Below are positions 56,225 to 57,620 of a stretch of 57,620 nt of DNA, piece after piece. Position numbers and translations under genes: made by a program. The notes under the pieces are model-generated. The model did not search any database. It saw nothing but the letters and a program-made list of their open reading frames with translations, and had not been told where the DNA came from. The first letter of the stretch is position 1. Each line of letters starts with the position of its first letter. Source of the DNA: a virus (lineage: Duplodnaviria; Caudoviricetes). The stretch is taken from the IMG/VR virus record IMGVR_UViG_3300028024_000011, positions 1 to 57,620 of that record. The stretch is one strand, 5' to 3'.

Positions 56225-56559
56225 TCTGCCTCGTATCCGATCTGTTCTAGTGTCTCGCGTGCATGCACCGGTGGAAACATGCGCGTCATGGCGCCGGATT
56301 TGATCCGATCGTGTTCGTTGGCGATCTCTTCGAGTCCGTCCGCGGCGATCTTCAGCGCGTGGACAAGCTCGGGCACTTCGTTGGCTACTTTGGTTAGATC
56401 GGACAGGGCTTTCTGCGCCTCATCCGACAGCGCGATCGGGCTTATCTGTCTGCGAAGCGAGTACAGCAATTGTGATAGTTCGTTGTACTCGCGCTCGATC
56501 TCGTCAAGGCGCCGGCGGCTCATGGGCCGCCGGGCGAACATCTCATCTACAGCGCTCAC
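56221..56559 (-). CDS. Hypothetical coiled-coil protein
   Basis: ORF coupled to neighbours. Confidence 0.6.
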   Translation of the reverse strand: MSAVDEMFARRPMSRRRLDEIEREYNELSQLLYSLRRQISPIALSDEAQKALSDLTKVANEVPELVHALKIAADGLEEIANEHDRIKSGAMTRMFPPVHARETLEQIGYEAE

Positions 56560-56864
56560 GTCGTTTCGTGCTCGGCGCCGAGCACGATAGCGCCGTCAGC
56601 CTCACACACGTCGTTCGTGATGTGAGCGACCATACGCGCCGTCCGTTCCTCGATCCGGTTTTTGTGAGCCGTCAACAGGTTGACCGCGTGGCGCAATCCG
56701 TCAGACTGACACCAGAACAGGATGCCGTCACCAGTCGTGTAGCGTGGCGCACTCGCCGGGTTATGGGTGCTCACGTACCACTTACCGGCTCGGTCGCATG
56801 ACATCTCACGCTCGACTACCACCATATCGAGCGGAGACCCTAGAACTAGCCATGCCTTTGCCAT
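56556..56864 (-). CDS. Hypothetical protein
   Basis: Start MAKAWL with AAGGGTAGGCAGATG. Confidence 0.55.
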   Translation of the reverse strand: MAKAWLVLGSPLDMVVVEREMSCDRAGKWYVSTHNPASAPRYTTGDGILFWCQSDGLRHAVNLLTAHKNRIEERTARMVAHITNDVCEADGAIVLGAEHETT

Positions 56865-56954
56865 CTGCCTACCCTTCGTGCTTGCGTAGTTCAAGCTCGG
56901 CCGCGCGCAAGTTGTCGAGCACACATAGCGCTTCTGTCGCATTGAGAACCAACG

Positions 56955-57449
56955 TCATGTCGTAGCCGTCGCTTGCTGCTGTACATGCCGTCTGGCGCAC
57001 GAACGGCAACGCGTGACCCGACTTTCAATCTCGCGCGTGTACTGTCGCTTGTCGTCCGGTGTGAACCGGATTGCTATCCGTCGCTTGCAACCGCACGCGC
57101 GGCACTCGTGGCGTACTGTCCGGTTCTTATAGTCCTGCCGTGGTCGCGCGATCAGCATGTCGAAGTCCCGACTACTGGTCGGCAACCCGAAACCGGCTCC
57201 ACCGCCGTACTCGTTGCGCAGATAGACCGGCTCACCACATTCGCAGTCGAGCGCGTGCCAATCCACACGCTTGACATCGAAACTCGGGCGGATCACGATC
57301 TCATTGACGCGGTTGCACTCATAACCGGTACATACCCGCTTGATTGTGGTGGGGCCGGTCATGCTGACTGAATACCTTGCCTGAATACAGATCGGCGCAC
57401 CACACGCACACGTGCCCACCACGACGGCTGCCTGATTTGTCTTTGCCAT
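56955..57449 (-). CDS. Cys-rich hypothetical protein
   Basis: GGAGGACAGACAGATG start; CACG, CECG, CRAC. Confidence 0.6.
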   Translation of the reverse strand: MAKTNQAAVVVGTCACGAPICIQARYSVSMTGPTTIKRVCTGYECNRVNEIVIRPSFDVKRVDWHALDCECGEPVYLRNEYGGGAGFGLPTSSRDFDMLIARPRQDYKNRTVRHECRACGCKRRIAIRFTPDDKRQYTREIESRVTRCRSCARRHVQQQATATT

Positions 57450-57465
57450 CTGTCTGTCCTCCCGG

Positions 57466-57503
57466 GCCCGGACAATGTCATCCTGAGATGACATTGTCCG
57501 GGC
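57466..57503. promoter_or_regulatory. Palindrome copy 14, 17-bp arms
   Basis: GCCCGGACAATGTCATC-CTGA-GATGACATTGTCCGGGC. Confidence 0.85.
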
Positions 57504-57510
57504 GAGCTAC

Positions 57511-57620
57511 CTAGCCGACGATCTCGCGGAATCGCTTCGCACACACTGGGCCGATGCCGTCGCGCTGCGACTCTTCGTCGGTCAGCGGCCGATGGCACAC
57601 GAAGCACTTTTGCTCGGCCA
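57511..57620 (-). CDS. Partial DUF6011-like zinc-finger protein (C-terminus)
   Basis: Hand translation AEQKCFVCHRPLTDEESQRDGIGPVCAKRF. Confidence 0.7.
   Translation of the reverse strand, partial: AEQKCFVCHRPLTDEESQRDGIGPVCAKRFREIVG

Noticed and set aside
1598-57503. Palindrome as CRISPR repeat, IS end or terminator family
   Set aside because: Copies are kb apart, there is no transposase or target duplication, they lack U-tracts, and several lie within CDSs.
1-57620. Window as a closed circular genome joining the two terminal partial ORFs
   Set aside because: No terminal overlap seen, and direct joining puts the 1-78 ORF out of frame with the DUF6011-like end.
1-57620. Integrase, cI-like repressor, ParA, tRNA
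   Set aside because: No recognisable motifs found; they may lie outside the window.
3071-57620. Numerous plus-strand ORFs
   Set aside because: Antisense shadows of high-GC minus-strand genes; no RBS or recognisable domains.

Overview
A large part of the genome of a high-GC tailed phage (HK97-fold capsid, siphovirus-type tail). The host is not determinable from sequence alone; Actinomycetota or Chloroflexota is a guess. Almost all genes are on the minus strand. From right to left: small early genes, a replication/recombination module (AAA_24/Sak4-like ATPase, DinG-family helicase, putative initiator, DnaC-like loader), an accessory block, Nudix/terminase/portal/protease/capsid, membrane (holin-like) genes, tail genes with a 2274-aa tape measure protein, and a two-domain endolysin. 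A short plus-strand operon lies at 1.7-3.1 kb. No integrase, repressor, tRNA or canonical CRISPR array was recognised. The main finding is at ~40.7-45.9 kb: an operon (sigma70 promoter, RNase H-like gene, LmbU-like gene) contains a stand-alone winged-helix + RAMP/Cas7-like gene surrounded by ~1.3 kb of non-coding DNA with strong 4-nt periodicity (GNNY on +, i.e. CR/NN on the transcribed strand), mostly closed by 3' hairpins. This looks like a candidate viral RNA-guided system with a non-contiguous guide code. Other signals: 14 dispersed copies of an 18-bp palindrome TGTCATC-N4-GATGACA, a promoter-embedded GTGTGGYAACGG box, and an R-I-[LM]-P-x-R peptide motif shared by about 9 unrelated proteins. 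All product calls come from motif recognition by eye, not database searches.
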